Source of the DNA: Octopus bimaculoides
Lineage: Eukaryota
Assembly: GCF_001194135.2 (NCBI RefSeq)
Contig: NC_069008.1
Coordinates: forward strand, 4,342,147-4,392,985
Reading direction: 5' to 3'
DNA: 50,839 bases
Part shown: one piece after another, positions 50,093 to 50,839 of the stretch
How positions within the stretch are numbered: position 1 is the stretch's first letter
How the letters are laid out: the number at the start of each line of letters is the position of its first letter
Notes under the pieces: generated by a model
Told to the model about the DNA's origin: nothing
The model's database searches: none
What the model saw: only the letters and a program-made list of their open reading frames with translations
Made by a program: the position numbers and the translations under genes

Positions 50093-50839
50093 ACACACAC
50101 ACATACACACACACACATTTATATATGCATACTATTTTCAGGTTCTGGTCTAGTTTGAAGGGTTTTCCTTCGAATATACCAGAAGAATCAACAGTCGTGG
50201 TGGTCGTCGTGTCCCTCGGCGTCACCATCATCGTCGTCATCGTCGTCACTTTTTCTCTGCTCTCAACATGGGTCGTCTTCTGGTGTTGGCATTTAAAGAA
50301 AAAAAAAAGGCATCCCTGTCTGTCTGTCTGTCTGTTAGTCAATCAGTCAGTCTGTCTATCTACCCGTATATCTATCTATCCATCCATCCATCCATCCGTT
50401 TGTCTGTCTGTTATCTATCTTTCTTCCTTCTTCCTTTATTCCTTTCTTCTTTCTTCCTTCTTCCTTCCTTCTTTCTTTCTTTCTTTCTTTCTACCTTCCT
50501 TCCTTTCTTTCTTTCTTTCCTTCTTTCTTTTCTTTCCTTCTTTTCTTTTCTTTCCTTCTTTTCTTTCTTTCCTTCCTTCTTTCCTTCCTCCTTTCTTTCA
50601 TTCTTTCTTTCTATTCTCTTTCTTTTCTATTTCCTTACTCTTTCTTTTCTATTTCCTTACTCTTTCTTTCTTTCTTTTCTTTCTTTCCTTCCTTCTTTCT
50701 TTCTTCCCTCCCTCCCTCCCTTTCTTTGATTCTTTCTTTCTATTCTCTTTCTTTTCTATTTCCTTACTCTTTCTTTTCTATTTCCTTACTCTTTCTTTCT
50801 TTCTTTTCTTTCTTTCCTTCCTTCTTTCTTTCTTCCCTC

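Noticed and set aside
50142-50310. Frame resembling a transmembrane helix followed by KKKKR
   Set aside because: The hydrophobicity comes from (GTC/ATC) triplet repeats and an A run, with no supported start or homology.

Overview
Eukaryotic genomic DNA from a gapped short-read assembly, with many N runs and a high microsatellite load. The repeat landscape suggests a coleoid cephalopod, probably Octopus; this is an inference, not a database result. The only host gene I can identify is the 3' end of a GAK/auxilin gene on the + strand: five coding exons at 457-7454 ending in the J-domain. The rest is mostly transposon debris: tRNA-derived SINEs, RTE-type LINE 3' ends, two Tc1/mariner fragments, a Gypsy integrase relic, a probable LINE ORF1 relic and a LINE-like end with three C2H2 fingers, plus simple and complex tandem repeats. 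The most interesting signal is a set of minimal type I hammerhead ribozyme (HHR) motifs with palindromic stem III, from at least three unrelated repeat families. One family is a palindromic element in which two tRNA-like Pol III heads point outward, each followed by (AAT)n and an HHR. A full copy lies in a GAK intron (2313-2850) and an internally deleted copy at 24406-24625. No ribozyme activity or novelty has been verified. Most long entries in the supplied ORF track are artefacts of N gaps or microsatellites.
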